Of a DNA stretch of 64,000 bases, positions 20,474 to 30,296 are shown piece by piece. Origin of the DNA: Candidatus Helarchaeota archaeon. Its GTDB lineage: Archaea; Asgardarchaeota; Lokiarchaeia; Helarchaeales; RDOG01. The stretch spans positions 256,001 to 320,000 of the forward strand of contig JAHPZH010000004.1 in NCBI GenBank assembly GCA_019058315.1. Reading direction: 5' to 3'. The notes beneath the pieces are model-generated. The model worked only from the letters and a program-made list of their open reading frames with translations, was not told the DNA's origin and did not search any database. Position 1 is the stretch's first letter; each line of letters starts with the position of its first letter. The position numbers and the translations under genes are program-made.

Positions 20474-21253
20474 ATGATAATTGGATTTGGTGATACTGTT
20501 TATGCAGTTGATCTTCTAGACACAGGCCTTGCTATTTATAGTTATAGTCCTTTATATTATATTTTGAGAGATATTTCGCATATAATCTGGGCTTGTTTAT
20601 TTATTGCTTTATTTATTATAATAATTAAGACTAAATTAACTCATGTTGAAGGATTTAGGAAAAATTTCCTTATTGGAGTCATATTATTATTGCTAGCATC
20701 CTCAGTATGGGTCATTTTTTTAAGATTTTTTTTTCATTTGTACTATCAATTGATAAATCTTGTTAATCTAATTATGGCTGTATTTTTTATTACTTCTGCA
20801 TATTTCCTCATTCGTGGTTTATTAAAGCTAAATAATTATCTTGATTCAATAATTGGGACTAAAGAAAAAAGAAATAATTTAAGAGCATTAATTATTTCAA
20901 TTATAATCGCCGCTATTTATCAAGTTTATTATGTACTAGTGAGTGGTCTTACTTTCGCTATATTTACAAATATAATATTAATGTTAGCTATATTTACTTC
21001 TCAATTGTATATTTCTATATACTCGTTTTATTTACATCCAAATTTTAAAGATCTCAAAATAAATATGATGTTATACTTCGGAATCGGATTTCTCTTTCTA
21101 GTTCTCATATTAACATTTGGACAAATTTTTGCACTTAACGTGTCTTTAAATTTTACAAGTATCAATTTTTCCTTTTTGGCCTTTCAGTCATTTTTAATTC
21201 TTGGATATGTTGACTTTAAAAATCGAATTTCAAAAATCAAAGCTGAAATTTAA
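20474..21253 (+). CDS. Multi-TM (~7) membrane protein, paralog 2 of tandem pair B
   Basis: Shared blocks 'FLIRGLLKLNNYLD.IIGTKE', 'DLKINMMLYFGIGFLFLVLI', 'DFKNRISKIK'. Confidence 0.8.
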   Translation: MIIGFGDTVYAVDLLDTGLAIYSYSPLYYILRDISHIIWACLFIALFIIIIKTKLTHVEGFRKNFLIGVILLLLASSVWVIFLRFFFHLYYQLINLVNLIMAVFFITSAYFLIRGLLKLNNYLDSIIGTKEKRNNLRALIISIIIAAIYQVYYVLVSGLTFAIFTNIILMLAIFTSQLYISIYSFYLHPNFKDLKINMMLYFGIGFLFLVLILTFGQIFALNVSLNFTSINFSFLAFQSFLILGYVDFKNRISKIKAEI

Positions 21254-21296
21254 GAAGTTTTCAAAGAAAATTTGAGAAAAGAAAAATACTCCCTCT

Positions 21297-23528
21297 TTAA
21301 TTCATCTCTTTTTCAAAATAATTCATCATTTTTTGATAAATTTGGGTTTTTTCGGGATTAGAGCTAGAATTCTGTAATTTTTTTATGATATAATATGGCA
21401 TAGATTTAGCCAGATAATTAAATTTTGGATTTCTATCGACAATTAATCTACCCTCGGCGTCTATACCATTAGCTTCGATACCATCCACTCTTATATTAGT
21501 TTTAATCACCTTTAGAACTTGAGAAGCTAAATGTGAGACTAAGACCGTACACGAATTATTTGATTCTCCTAACATTTCTAATATACTGCCAATAACTTTG
21601 GCAGCTGCGCCAGGCTCAGTTATTGCTTCTAACTCATCCACTAGAACTAATTTCTCCTTTTTAGAAATAATTATATCAGTAAAATTCTTTACGCTGGATT
21701 CAAACGCACCCGAGGAATTACTACCCTGGCTTTTTGAAAAGAAAAATAATTCGTTGAAGAGGCCAATATTAACAGCCTGTGCAGCAACAGGCAGTCCCAT
21801 CTGTGCCATGATAGTAATTTGTGCAATAGTCTGAAGAAGCGTAGTTTTTCCACCAGAATTGGCCCCGGTTAAAATGATTAAGTTATTTTTTATATCAATT
21901 CTATTTTCAAAGATAACTGGAATATTACCGACATGATAATTAATTTGTTTAATTTCAATATTTTGTTCATGCTTAAGAAATAGATTAATTCCTCCTTCAA
22001 AACTCAATCCTAGTTTATCCTCAACAAAATTTGGATAAGTTAAATTATAATCTTTCATTATTGATGAAATTGCCAATAATTCATCTAATTCGAATAAAAT
22101 ATTCAAAAGTTTTGCTACTAATGGCTTTACTGCACTCAAGTTTTTAGCAAGTTGAGTTAGAATTTCAAATTTTAGGATTTTTTCTCGTCTTATTAGGTTA
22201 TTCTTTAGCTTTTCAAGGATGAAATTGTCAGCTTCAATAGGAAAATTCATATCATTAGGATATAGTTCAAAAACAATCGAACTTTCCGGTGCTTCAAGGT
22301 TTAATCTTTCAATTAATTTTTCTCGAGCTTCCATTAGTATTTCCTCAATAATCCCCGCAATATCTAAAGGTAAAAACTCCATTAACGCATTTAAAGAGAT
22401 TGAATTCGAGTCGTCAACTGATTTTAATAAATTAAAAATTTGACCTCCTTCTAAAACTGCTTTAGATTTTTTTATCTCATTTTCTATCGATTCATTAATT
22501 TCTATTTCTTGATCTGCAATAATTCCATCAAAACTATTCACAATTTTTAAAGCTTCATCATATTCTGGGTAATTTTCCTCTTTAATTTCACCATCTTTAT
22601 CAATTTTTGCTAGGTTTAGTATAAGACCTTTTAATAATTCCATACTAATATCTTTAAATCCCTCCAAGGTTTCCTCGTCTTGCTTTAATTCTTGTTTTAA
22701 AATCTTAAATAGCTTATAACCTGCAATCAGAATATTATAATTGACTCCTAAAAAATCACAAATAACCGATTCAGGCAATAAATCAGTAACTGAAAATTCA
22801 TTAATATCTAAAAAAATAGCATTTTTAATTTGATCAGTAAAAGAATTATTATTATAATCATTCGATATAAAAATTACAAGATCAAATGAATTTAAATAAT
22901 CTAGAACTTTCTCACTTAGCGATTCTATTAATAATAATTTACAATATTTTTCAATATCGAGCTCTATTAATTCATTATACTGCTTTTTATTATCAGTTAC
23001 GATAATTCGATGTAGTAAGAGTTTATCTTTAAAAGTCTGAGGTTTAAATGGTTTAATTTTTTTTAGTAAAATTTTGATTTTTTCTATTGTTTCTTCATTA
23101 ATTTTATTCAGTTTTGAAAGTCTATTTCGATAATTTTCTAATCTAGATTTAATTATGTTTAATTTGGTAGCGGGTAATGGATACATAAGTGAAAATTTAT
23201 CTTTAATATATTGGGTTTGGGCATAAGATTTTAAAATTTCAATAATTCTATCATAGACTTTTAAAATGTCATCAGTCATCAAAATCTGGTTTGTGTAATT
23301 TGTATAAACTCCAGATTCATCATCTGAATGAAATTCTTGAATAATCTTAAGAGCCATTTTTTGCCCAATACCTTTTATCGATGAAATTTCACTAATTCTC
23401 GCTTCAGAAATCGCATTGATAACATTTTCTTCAGTTAAAAAATGATTAATTAATTTTTCAGAAATCTTGGGTCCTAATCCTTGTATTGATTGTATGATCC
23501 TTTGTTTTTGTATTACACCATTTTTCAA
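21297..23528 (-). CDS. Archaeal MutS-family ATPase (N-terminal HhH + MutS domain V; MutS5-like)
   Basis: Two HhH motifs (GLGPK, GIGQK); 'LTGANSGGKTT', 'MAQMGLPV', 'GAFES', 'LVLVDELEAITEPGAA', 'VSHL'. Confidence 0.88.
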   Translation of the reverse strand: MKNGVIQKQRIIQSIQGLGPKISEKLINHFLTEENVINAISEARISEISSIKGIGQKMALKIIQEFHSDDESGVYTNYTNQILMTDDILKVYDRIIEILKSYAQTQYIKDKFSLMYPLPATKLNIIKSRLENYRNRLSKLNKINEETIEKIKILLKKIKPFKPQTFKDKLLLHRIIVTDNKKQYNELIELDIEKYCKLLLIESLSEKVLDYLNSFDLVIFISNDYNNNSFTDQIKNAIFLDINEFSVTDLLPESVICDFLGVNYNILIAGYKLFKILKQELKQDEETLEGFKDISMELLKGLILNLAKIDKDGEIKEENYPEYDEALKIVNSFDGIIADQEIEINESIENEIKKSKAVLEGGQIFNLLKSVDDSNSISLNALMEFLPLDIAGIIEEILMEAREKLIERLNLEAPESSIVFELYPNDMNFPIEADNFILEKLKNNLIRREKILKFEILTQLAKNLSAVKPLVAKLLNILFELDELLAISSIMKDYNLTYPNFVEDKLGLSFEGGINLFLKHEQNIEIKQINYHVGNIPVIFENRIDIKNNLIILTGANSGGKTTLLQTIAQITIMAQMGLPVAAQAVNIGLFNELFFFSKSQGSNSSGAFESSVKNFTDIIISKKEKLVLVDELEAITEPGAAAKVIGSILEMLGESNNSCTVLVSHLASQVLKVIKTNIRVDGIEANGIDAEGRLIVDRNPKFNYLAKSMPYYIIKKLQNSSSNPEKTQIYQKMMNYFEKEMN

Positions 23529-23783
23529 GCTATTTCACACTACAAAAATTATTTTAGGGAATAATGAGAATTATGTCGGAATATAACCTTTTGAATTTAA
23601 ACAGAAATCAATTAAAATACATAAATTATTGAAGAAATAAAAAAAGATTAAGGGTGTGTTTTAAAAATGAAAAAAGTAGCTTGATCTTTAATAAAAATCG
23701 TTAAATGATTGATTTGAATAGAATATATTAGAATCTTCTAATCCTAATTATAAAAACTTAAAAATAAACATTACACTAATTGA

Positions 23784-24017
23784 TTGAATGGGATTATAAA
23801 AATTATTGAAAATGATTTAAGTTGTAATAAAAAGGGACAAAAAATGAGCTACACTATCCAGGATGTTAAATTTAAATGCCAAAAATGTGATTTTGAATTT
23901 AGAGAAAAGAAAAAATTAATTTTCTCAAATTCAGCAGTTCGAAAAAGACCTATATTTAAAGCAAATTGTCCAAAATGTGGGAATATTTGTGTTAATAGCA
24001 GTTATCCTTCTAGTTGA
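23784..24017 (+). CDS. Small zinc-ribbon protein (likely start at MSYTIQ, ~23843)
   Basis: CQKC...CPKC. Confidence 0.7.
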   Translation: MNGIIKIIENDLSCNKKGQKMSYTIQDVKFKCQKCDFEFREKKKLIFSNSAVRKRPIFKANCPKCGNICVNSSYPSS

Positions 24018-24052
24018 TTGAAATGTCTTTTTTATAGATTAAAGTGAGTTTT

Positions 24053-24421
24053 TCATAAATCTAATTTCATTAATTTCTGATATTCCTCAATATGGAGACT
24101 GTTGAAATCATCAAAATAATAGCCATCCTCCTCTTTGGACAGCACTATTACATGAACCTGATTACCAATTTGACTCACTTTAGCAATTACAGAATCCCAT
24201 TGGATATAAAATGGAGGTTTTCGGATTTCTTCAACTTCGGTTACATCAGCGATTTTTTTTAGCTCATTTTGGCGAAGTCTCGATAATGTCTTTATTTTTT
24301 CTTCTGTAAGTGGTAAAAAAATTCTCCTATTTGCATTATTAAATACACTCGCCATTAGATCAAAGTCATTATTTCTAATTGCTTTTATTACAATATTTGC
24401 TACTTCTCGTGGGCTTTTCAT
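24053..24421 (-). CDS. Hypothetical protein (possible NTF2/DUF4878-like fold)
   Basis: 'SPREVA..VIKAI...DF' helix start and beta-hairpin end. Confidence 0.5.
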   Translation of the reverse strand: MKSPREVANIVIKAIRNNDFDLMASVFNNANRRIFLPLTEEKIKTLSRLRQNELKKIADVTEVEEIRKPPFYIQWDSVIAKVSQIGNQVHVIVLSKEEDGYYFDDFNSLHIEEYQKLMKLDL

Positions 24422-24531
24422 ATGTATTTCCTCTGATAGAGTTAATATAAAAAAATAACAATAAGTTCCTATTTATAAAAACTTAAAAGTAAATCTTAAA
24501 CTTAGTTATAACGAAAAATGAGAGGATTATT

Positions 24532-24849
24532 TTGAGAAAAATATTATTTAAAGGTATTTTAAGAGGTACAGCAACTTCAAATAAGATTGGATCAATCTTT
24601 GTTATTAAATTAGATGAAAAAATAGAAGGTTTACCCAAAGAATTTGTGGTTTTTAATACTTATATGGGATCTGATTCTAGGAGTCCAATGGGTACTTTAA
24701 AGAATGCTATGGCTACACCTATAAGAATAGGCGATAAAATAATTGTAGAAGGTGAAATTATTCAAGAATTTAAAGGAAAAGAAGCATTAGAATATATAAG
24801 AATGGATGCTAAGCATGTCTATAATGAAACATTAAAATATGGATTTTAA
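24532..24849 (+). CDS. Small OB-fold-like protein
   Basis: 'IRIGDKIIVEGEI' beta pattern; GAGGA RBS upstream of a TTG start. Confidence 0.55.
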   Translation: MRKILFKGILRGTATSNKIGSIFVIKLDEKIEGLPKEFVVFNTYMGSDSRSPMGTLKNAMATPIRIGDKIIVEGEIIQEFKGKEALEYIRMDAKHVYNETLKYGF

Positions 24850-24873
24850 GAAAAAAAATTGATTCTATTAAGT

Positions 24874-25158
24874 CTATTCTTCTTCTTTAATTGGGGCAAG
24901 GGTGAGTTTAAATTTTGCAGGGTCAAATTTCTTTCCCAAATCTTTTAAAGAAATTGTTTTGCTGTTTGTAACTTTAATATCACATAAATCAAATGCTACA
25001 CAAGCATTAACAAATGCAGATACGAAATTTCTATTCTTATCTAATTCTTTTGATATCTCATCTATTGTAAGATCTCCCTTCGTTTTCAAAATAGCAAAAA
25101 GTTCTTCTAAAAATAATTTTGCTTCTCTAATGTAATTATCTGTTTTTCTAGAACCCAT
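24874..25158 (-). CDS. Small winged-helix protein
   Basis: 'LTIDEISKELDKNRNFVSAFV' HTH. Confidence 0.7.
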   Translation of the reverse strand: MGSRKTDNYIREAKLFLEELFAILKTKGDLTIDEISKELDKNRNFVSAFVNACVAFDLCDIKVTNSKTISLKDLGKKFDPAKFKLTLAPIKEEE

Positions 25159-25246
25159 TTTAAAACCTCTTTTTTAATGATAAAACTTCGAAAGGAAGCA
25201 AAGTCACATAAACATTTATAAGTAACTGACTATATAAATATATTTA

Positions 25247-25262
25247 CACGCATGCATGCGTG
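25247..25262. promoter_or_regulatory. Perfect 16-bp palindrome CACGCATGCATGCGTG in a divergent promoter region
   Basis: Self-complementary GC-rich island in an AT-rich intergenic region, just downstream of a TATA-like tatataaata. Confidence 0.6.
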
Positions 25263-25282
25263 CGTAAAATAAACATGAAAAT

Positions 25283-25918
25283 GTGAAAAATATAGTTATT
25301 GAAAAAAAGAGATCGGGAGTAATTATGATGTTTAATGTGATGACATTGAATGACAAGTATATTAGAAAGATTATTTATGAGGCTAATCATTTATATAACA
25401 AATATGATTTAGATAAGAATATAATTCCAGTTGCATTAGATATTTCAATTAGATATATTAAAAATTCGATTCCATCAGAACCAAGAGAAAAAGATGTACT
25501 ATATTGTGCGGCATATTTTATTGCAATTAGACATCCATTCTCACATCCTTCTAATGTAACAAGAGATGGCTTTGCAGATCAATTTAATATAAAGACAACG
25601 AGCTTAGATTGGTATATAAATAGAATATTGACCGAATTAAATTTCATTCGCATTCATGATCTTCAGACAATCCCTTATTTCATTGATCCGACCTCATTAA
25701 TTTATACAGTGACAATATCAATAATTCATTCTAATTTAAGTGAAAATCTGATAAATGCTATAATATACAAAAAGCTGCCTGATGTCAATATACTAGTAGA
25801 TAAAATTACAGGGATTCTTGTAGATAGACTTAAGATCTTGCCAGAAATCTTTAAAAGAAGCCTAAGAGGTTTAGTCCTTGATATTATAAGAGGTGAAATA
25901 AAGAATCTAAGGTTATAA
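25283..25918 (+). CDS. Protein with a TFIIB/cyclin-fold repeat
   Basis: 'ALDI..RY...REKDVLYCAAYFIAIR...VTRDGFADQFNI...SL..YINRI' resembles the TFB core repeat; no Zn ribbon. Confidence 0.55.
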   Translation: MKNIVIEKKRSGVIMMFNVMTLNDKYIRKIIYEANHLYNKYDLDKNIIPVALDISIRYIKNSIPSEPREKDVLYCAAYFIAIRHPFSHPSNVTRDGFADQFNIKTTSLDWYINRILTELNFIRIHDLQTIPYFIDPTSLIYTVTISIIHSNLSENLINAIIYKKLPDVNILVDKITGILVDRLKILPEIFKRSLRGLVLDIIRGEIKNLRL

Positions 25919-25936
25919 TATAATCGGAGGAATTAT

Positions 25937-26224
25937 TTGGAGTATTTCGGAAAGAAATTTTTATTTAAAGTAATTGTAGAAACATTAAACGATTTAAAAT
26001 TGAGAAATCAAGCATTTATAAATGCTAGAAAAATCCGAAATATTATTGAAAGAAAATTAAATCGCACTATCTCATCGAATTTATTAAGTCGTTTTATTTC
26101 AATAAGTTTAGATTGGTTAGTTGCTTCTGAATACTTAGTTTTAATAAAAAAAACCAGTCCAAAAAAATATAAGATCCCAGATCAGTTCCTTATTAACTCT
26201 AAAAATATAAAAATATATTTTTAA
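25937..26224 (+). CDS. Small winged-helix-like protein
   Basis: 'INARKIR...SRFISISLDWLV..EYL......PKKYKI' wHTH-like. Confidence 0.55.
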   Translation: MEYFGKKFLFKVIVETLNDLKLRNQAFINARKIRNIIERKLNRTISSNLLSRFISISLDWLVASEYLVLIKKTSPKKYKIPDQFLINSKNIKIYF

Positions 26225-26790
26225 AACCCATATTCTTAAGTAAATTCTCTAATCTCTATATTTTTTTAAATTTTTTTTATTGAAAAATACAAATTTATTT
26301 TCCACTAGTTTCAATTTTTTTAGTTTTTTTGGAAAGGGCGCTATTTTGAGATCAATTCGATAAAAGCGTGCATTTGGGTATTATCTGGATGATGCTAAGG
26401 TATATTATATAATTATGAAATTCAAAAAAATAAGAAAAAAAATTGCGATTTTAACTATTACCGATACAATAATGAATTTAAATAAAGTGGACCAATTTTA
26501 TATATTAGGAAATTTTTAATTTCTTTACCAAAAAATTGTATTTTTTACAATTGAAAGGTGTAAATTTTTGGTGACCGCAAAAGAAAATCCAACAATAGAC
26601 GACGTGAATAGGCCCCAGCCAATTGGAGTAACCGCCCCTCCGGCTTGTTTCCAAGATGGGACCACTTTTAGAAAAACTAACATGGATTGTATTTTGTGTG
26701 ATTATTTCGAAGATTGTAAAAAGGTAAAATATACTTAATTAACTAATTTTTCAAAAATAGTTCCGATTTTTTGAGAATACAAGCCATTTA

Positions 26791-27564
26791 TTATTCTATT
26801 TGTTTAATTGCTGATTCTGTCCAAATTGTTAATCTACCTGGGTGTCCACCTGGAGCTAATTTTTCTGCATTTAAATATTCCACATAAGAAATATCTACCC
26901 CTTGGATATTTCTAGCACCTTTCAGTATATCCTTATTTAAGCTTGAAATTACAATCAGTATACTTTTCTTTCTTTTATATTTACGCCCTCTCATTTTTCC
27001 CTTTCCAGCACGAATTTTCTTAGTAGATGCTCTTACGATATCAGGGTAAATTTTCAAATTTTTAAATATTTCAATAATTTCTTTAGTTTTTGAAACATCT
27101 TCTAGCTCATCAGAAACTACAATAGGCAATTTTAAGCCTTCTTCAAATTGATGTCCCCTAAGTCGGACCAACGTTTCATTTGCTGTTGCGGCAATTGCCG
27201 ATTTAATAGCTAATTTTCGTTCTTTTTTATTAATTTTTTCTTTTATATTTTTCCAAACTTTAGGTGGGAAAGCTGCACGACCGCCTACAACCATAGGAAC
27301 AAAGGCACCTTGATCAACTTTCCTTGTTCCACCGCCTCTAATTCTCGGAACTCGTGCCCTTCCAAAACCAGATCCTCTCGAAACAGCTGTATTTCTAGTT
27401 CCAGCTAGAGGATCCCGTCCTTGGGGTTGTTTCCTATTCGCACTAGATGCTATTACTGCTCTACGGATGAGATCTGGACGATAGACGGTTTGAAAAGTTG
27501 AGGGTAAGGAAATATCTCTTATTTTTTTTCCATCTAATCCCAAAACATCAACTTTGGTTTCCAT
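26791..27564 (-). CDS. rpl4: 50S ribosomal protein L4 (uL4)
   Basis: 'RPDLIRRAV', 'GRARVPR', 'GGRAAFPP', 'KIRAGKGKMRGRKY', 'LAPGGHPGRLTIWTESAI'. Confidence 0.98.
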   Translation of the reverse strand: METKVDVLGLDGKKIRDISLPSTFQTVYRPDLIRRAVIASSANRKQPQGRDPLAGTRNTAVSRGSGFGRARVPRIRGGGTRKVDQGAFVPMVVGGRAAFPPKVWKNIKEKINKKERKLAIKSAIAATANETLVRLRGHQFEEGLKLPIVVSDELEDVSKTKEIIEIFKNLKIYPDIVRASTKKIRAGKGKMRGRKYKRKKSILIVISSLNKDILKGARNIQGVDISYVEYLNAEKLAPGGHPGRLTIWTESAIKQIE

Positions 27565-27581
27565 AATTTTGCACTTTTTCT

Positions 27582-28607
27582 TTATTTTCCTTGCTTAGAT
27601 TGTGTGGAAATGTATGAAATATCTGGAACTGCTTCAAGATGTGGTTTAGGTCGTAGTGCATAACGCATTTTAATTAAACGTTTGCAAGGACCGGGAACAG
27701 ATCCCTCTAAAAGGATATAATCTCCTTTAATTAAGCCGTATCTTACAAATCCGCCTTCGGGGTTGATTTCCTTCGGATCTGAACCAATTTTTAAAATTCG
27801 TTTATTATATTCGACTCGTTGGTGAAATCCCATTTGTCCAGCACGAGCAACTGTGTAGGGCACACGAGAAGGTTTCCATGCGCCAATTGCTCCCACAGCT
27901 CTTCGTGCTTTCCGAGATTTTCGCGGTAAGATTTTAATTCCAAACCGTTTCACAGGACCTTGGAAGCCTTTTCCCTTTGAAACGGCTGCAGTATCAATAA
28001 ATTGCCCTTCTTTAAATACATCAAATGCTCTAATTTCATTTCCAAGCATATCTTTAGAATATTTTATAAGTTCTTCATAGTTTCCCGCAATAGCTTTAAT
28101 TTCCATTAAATCTGGTTTCTTTTTTGGAATTGCAGCCAAACGGGGTTGTGTATATGCTAATAATCGTAATTGTAATAACTTAGAATCCTTATAAGGTTCT
28201 AATTTCTCCTCAAATTCTAATAATGATTTATCAGTATCATATTCTTTTGGTAGAGAAAAATTTCTGGATAAATCTTCATTTAATTCTCCAGCCCAAGCCT
28301 CCCCAATGGCTTTTAACCCATATTCGGTTAATTTATACGCTTTTATTGCACATATGGAAATAGGAGGTGTGTCAATAACAGTAACCGCCCTTGAAACTTC
28401 TTGTCCAAAATTTGGGTCTGTTTTTCTGTTTTCTACATATATTAAATGTGTCATGCCAGCTTTATATCCCATAAATCCTAAAATAGTCGGTGTTGTACTT
28501 TCAATTTTTGACCAAGATTTAACTCTGGCATTTGGATTACGAGCTCTTTTTCTAGGTCTGTAAGATAATGACCCATGTCTTGGTGCATGTTGCTTTCTAT
28601 GTCCCAT
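27582..28607 (-). CDS. rpl3: 50S ribosomal protein L3 (uL3)
   Basis: 'HAPRHGSL..RPRKRA', 'GYKAGMTH', 'KGKGFQGPVKRFG', 'RAGQMGFHQR'. Confidence 0.98.
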   Translation of the reverse strand: MGHRKQHAPRHGSLSYRPRKRARNPNARVKSWSKIESTTPTILGFMGYKAGMTHLIYVENRKTDPNFGQEVSRAVTVIDTPPISICAIKAYKLTEYGLKAIGEAWAGELNEDLSRNFSLPKEYDTDKSLLEFEEKLEPYKDSKLLQLRLLAYTQPRLAAIPKKKPDLMEIKAIAGNYEELIKYSKDMLGNEIRAFDVFKEGQFIDTAAVSKGKGFQGPVKRFGIKILPRKSRKARRAVGAIGAWKPSRVPYTVARAGQMGFHQRVEYNKRILKIGSDPKEINPEGGFVRYGLIKGDYILLEGSVPGPCKRLIKMRYALRPKPHLEAVPDISYISTQSKQGK

Positions 28608-28787
28608 TTGTTACATATCCTACTTTAATCATTAATTTTTTATGTTTCATTGGTTTCCTAGTATGAAGGTTTGATAATATTTCATTTAAATAATAGATTC
28701 TAATAAATAAGAATAAATTGTTTAATGTATAATGAATGATTTACTTTTTAAAAATTTAACTTAATAAAAAAAGAAAGAAATTTGGAT

Positions 28788-30095
28788 TTATTTTCTCTTT
28801 CTCTTTATTACTACGACCATTATTACTACTATAATGACTGTTACACCTATTCCCAAAATGATCCATATGGTATTTGATTCTGGCTGTTGTAAAGCTAAGA
28901 GTAGAATTAAGGGATTTGGAGGTTCTTCTGAAGTTTTCATGGAATAAAAGAAAACCCTTTGAGCTGCTCCGGCAGCAAAGTATGAACCATTCTTATTAAT
29001 TGCAACAGATAATACATCTTGTCCTGCCATTGTTGAAGTTTTAAATATTGGACTTGAACTGGAATTTTTGAATACATAAACATCTCCATTATCATTTCCA
29101 GTTACTATATACTGACCATCTGCTGAAATATCTACTGAACGGATAGGAGCTCCTGTAGAATAAGACCATCCTAGCCCTGTCTTATTACGTAGTTGGATTT
29201 GTCCACTTGCATATCCAAAAACAATATTTTCTCCATCTGCTGAAATTGCTACTGAAACGGCATCAAAAGCGGTTCCATAATCCCATACGGGAGTCGAACT
29301 AGTATTTTCAAAAAAATAAATCCTCACGTTATCAGTACTCGCAGCTATATATCTACCATCTGCTGACATTGCTACCGAAAGAACATCACCATTAGTCGTA
29401 TAATTCCAAATTGGTGTCGAACTGTCTTTATCAAAGAGTGTAACATTATTATTGTCATCTCCAGTAACAAAATATTTTCCATTCTCAGAAATATCTACAT
29501 CCTGAACTCGATCATCTGCATCATAGCTCCAAATAAAATTCTCATTAAGAATTTCATATAACATAATTTGCCCATTAGTGTCTCCTGCAACAACATAGTT
29601 TCCATCTTCTGAAATCTTAATTGAATAGCCATCATATGTTGTATTTCGCCACATCTCTTGATCGGTTCTATTAAGAAGTACTACATCTGATGTATCATCT
29701 GCTGCTGCAATATATACACCGTCTGCTGAAATATCCACATCATTGATATACCCTAGAGTTCCTCCAACATCGTAACTCCATAAAAAATTATGAGTGCTGT
29801 TAAATAGAAAAACATCTCTAGATGCAAAGCCACTATAGCCACCAGCAGCTATATAGGTGCCATTTGCCGAAATTGCCACCGAATAAGGGGCCTCACTCAT
29901 AAGATAAACCCATAAATTCTCATAGCTTGCAGAAGTTGAAAGTTTATTTTTTAAACTAGAACTAATTATTGGTATATTCCAAACTGGCTTGCAATTATTT
30001 AATGAGGATAGAGAGACTACAGAAGTCATTGCTAGAATTGTGAATAAAGAGACTAAAAGTAGAGTTTTTAATTTAAATTTCATTAATTTAAACAC
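28788..30095 (-). CDS. Secreted/surface WD40/PQQ-like beta-propeller protein with C-terminal membrane anchor
   Basis: Signal peptide; ~8 repeats 'W.Y.....V.SV.ISADG.YI..G'; C-terminal TM plus KRKRK. Confidence 0.88.
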   Translation of the reverse strand: MFKLMKFKLKTLLLVSLFTILAMTSVVSLSSLNNCKPVWNIPIISSSLKNKLSTSASYENLWVYLMSEAPYSVAISANGTYIAAGGYSGFASRDVFLFNSTHNFLWSYDVGGTLGYINDVDISADGVYIAAADDTSDVVLLNRTDQEMWRNTTYDGYSIKISEDGNYVVAGDTNGQIMLYEILNENFIWSYDADDRVQDVDISENGKYFVTGDDNNNVTLFDKDSSTPIWNYTTNGDVLSVAMSADGRYIAASTDNVRIYFFENTSSTPVWDYGTAFDAVSVAISADGENIVFGYASGQIQLRNKTGLGWSYSTGAPIRSVDISADGQYIVTGNDNGDVYVFKNSSSSPIFKTSTMAGQDVLSVAINKNGSYFAAGAAQRVFFYSMKTSEEPPNPLILLLALQQPESNTIWIILGIGVTVIIVVIMVVVIKRKRK

Positions 30096-30296
30096 CTTTG
30101 CAATGAAAAAATATCTTCTTTTTGTATTAAAGTAGGTTACTAATATTTATTGTATATTTAAATCTTTTTATCCCCTTTTTCTTCATATTATATACATTAA
30201 TACCTTTGATTCTTTAGTAAAAAGAATTAATATGGTTGTTTTACATATTAAAATACTAATATGAAACCATAATTACTAGATTTTTGACTAAATATA

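Noticed and set aside
26611-26663. HDV-like ribozyme or SECIS element
   Set aside because: Stems are nested rather than pseudoknotted, there is no convincing catalytic C/J4-2 segment, no AUGA/GA quartet, and no adjacent in-frame UGA gene.
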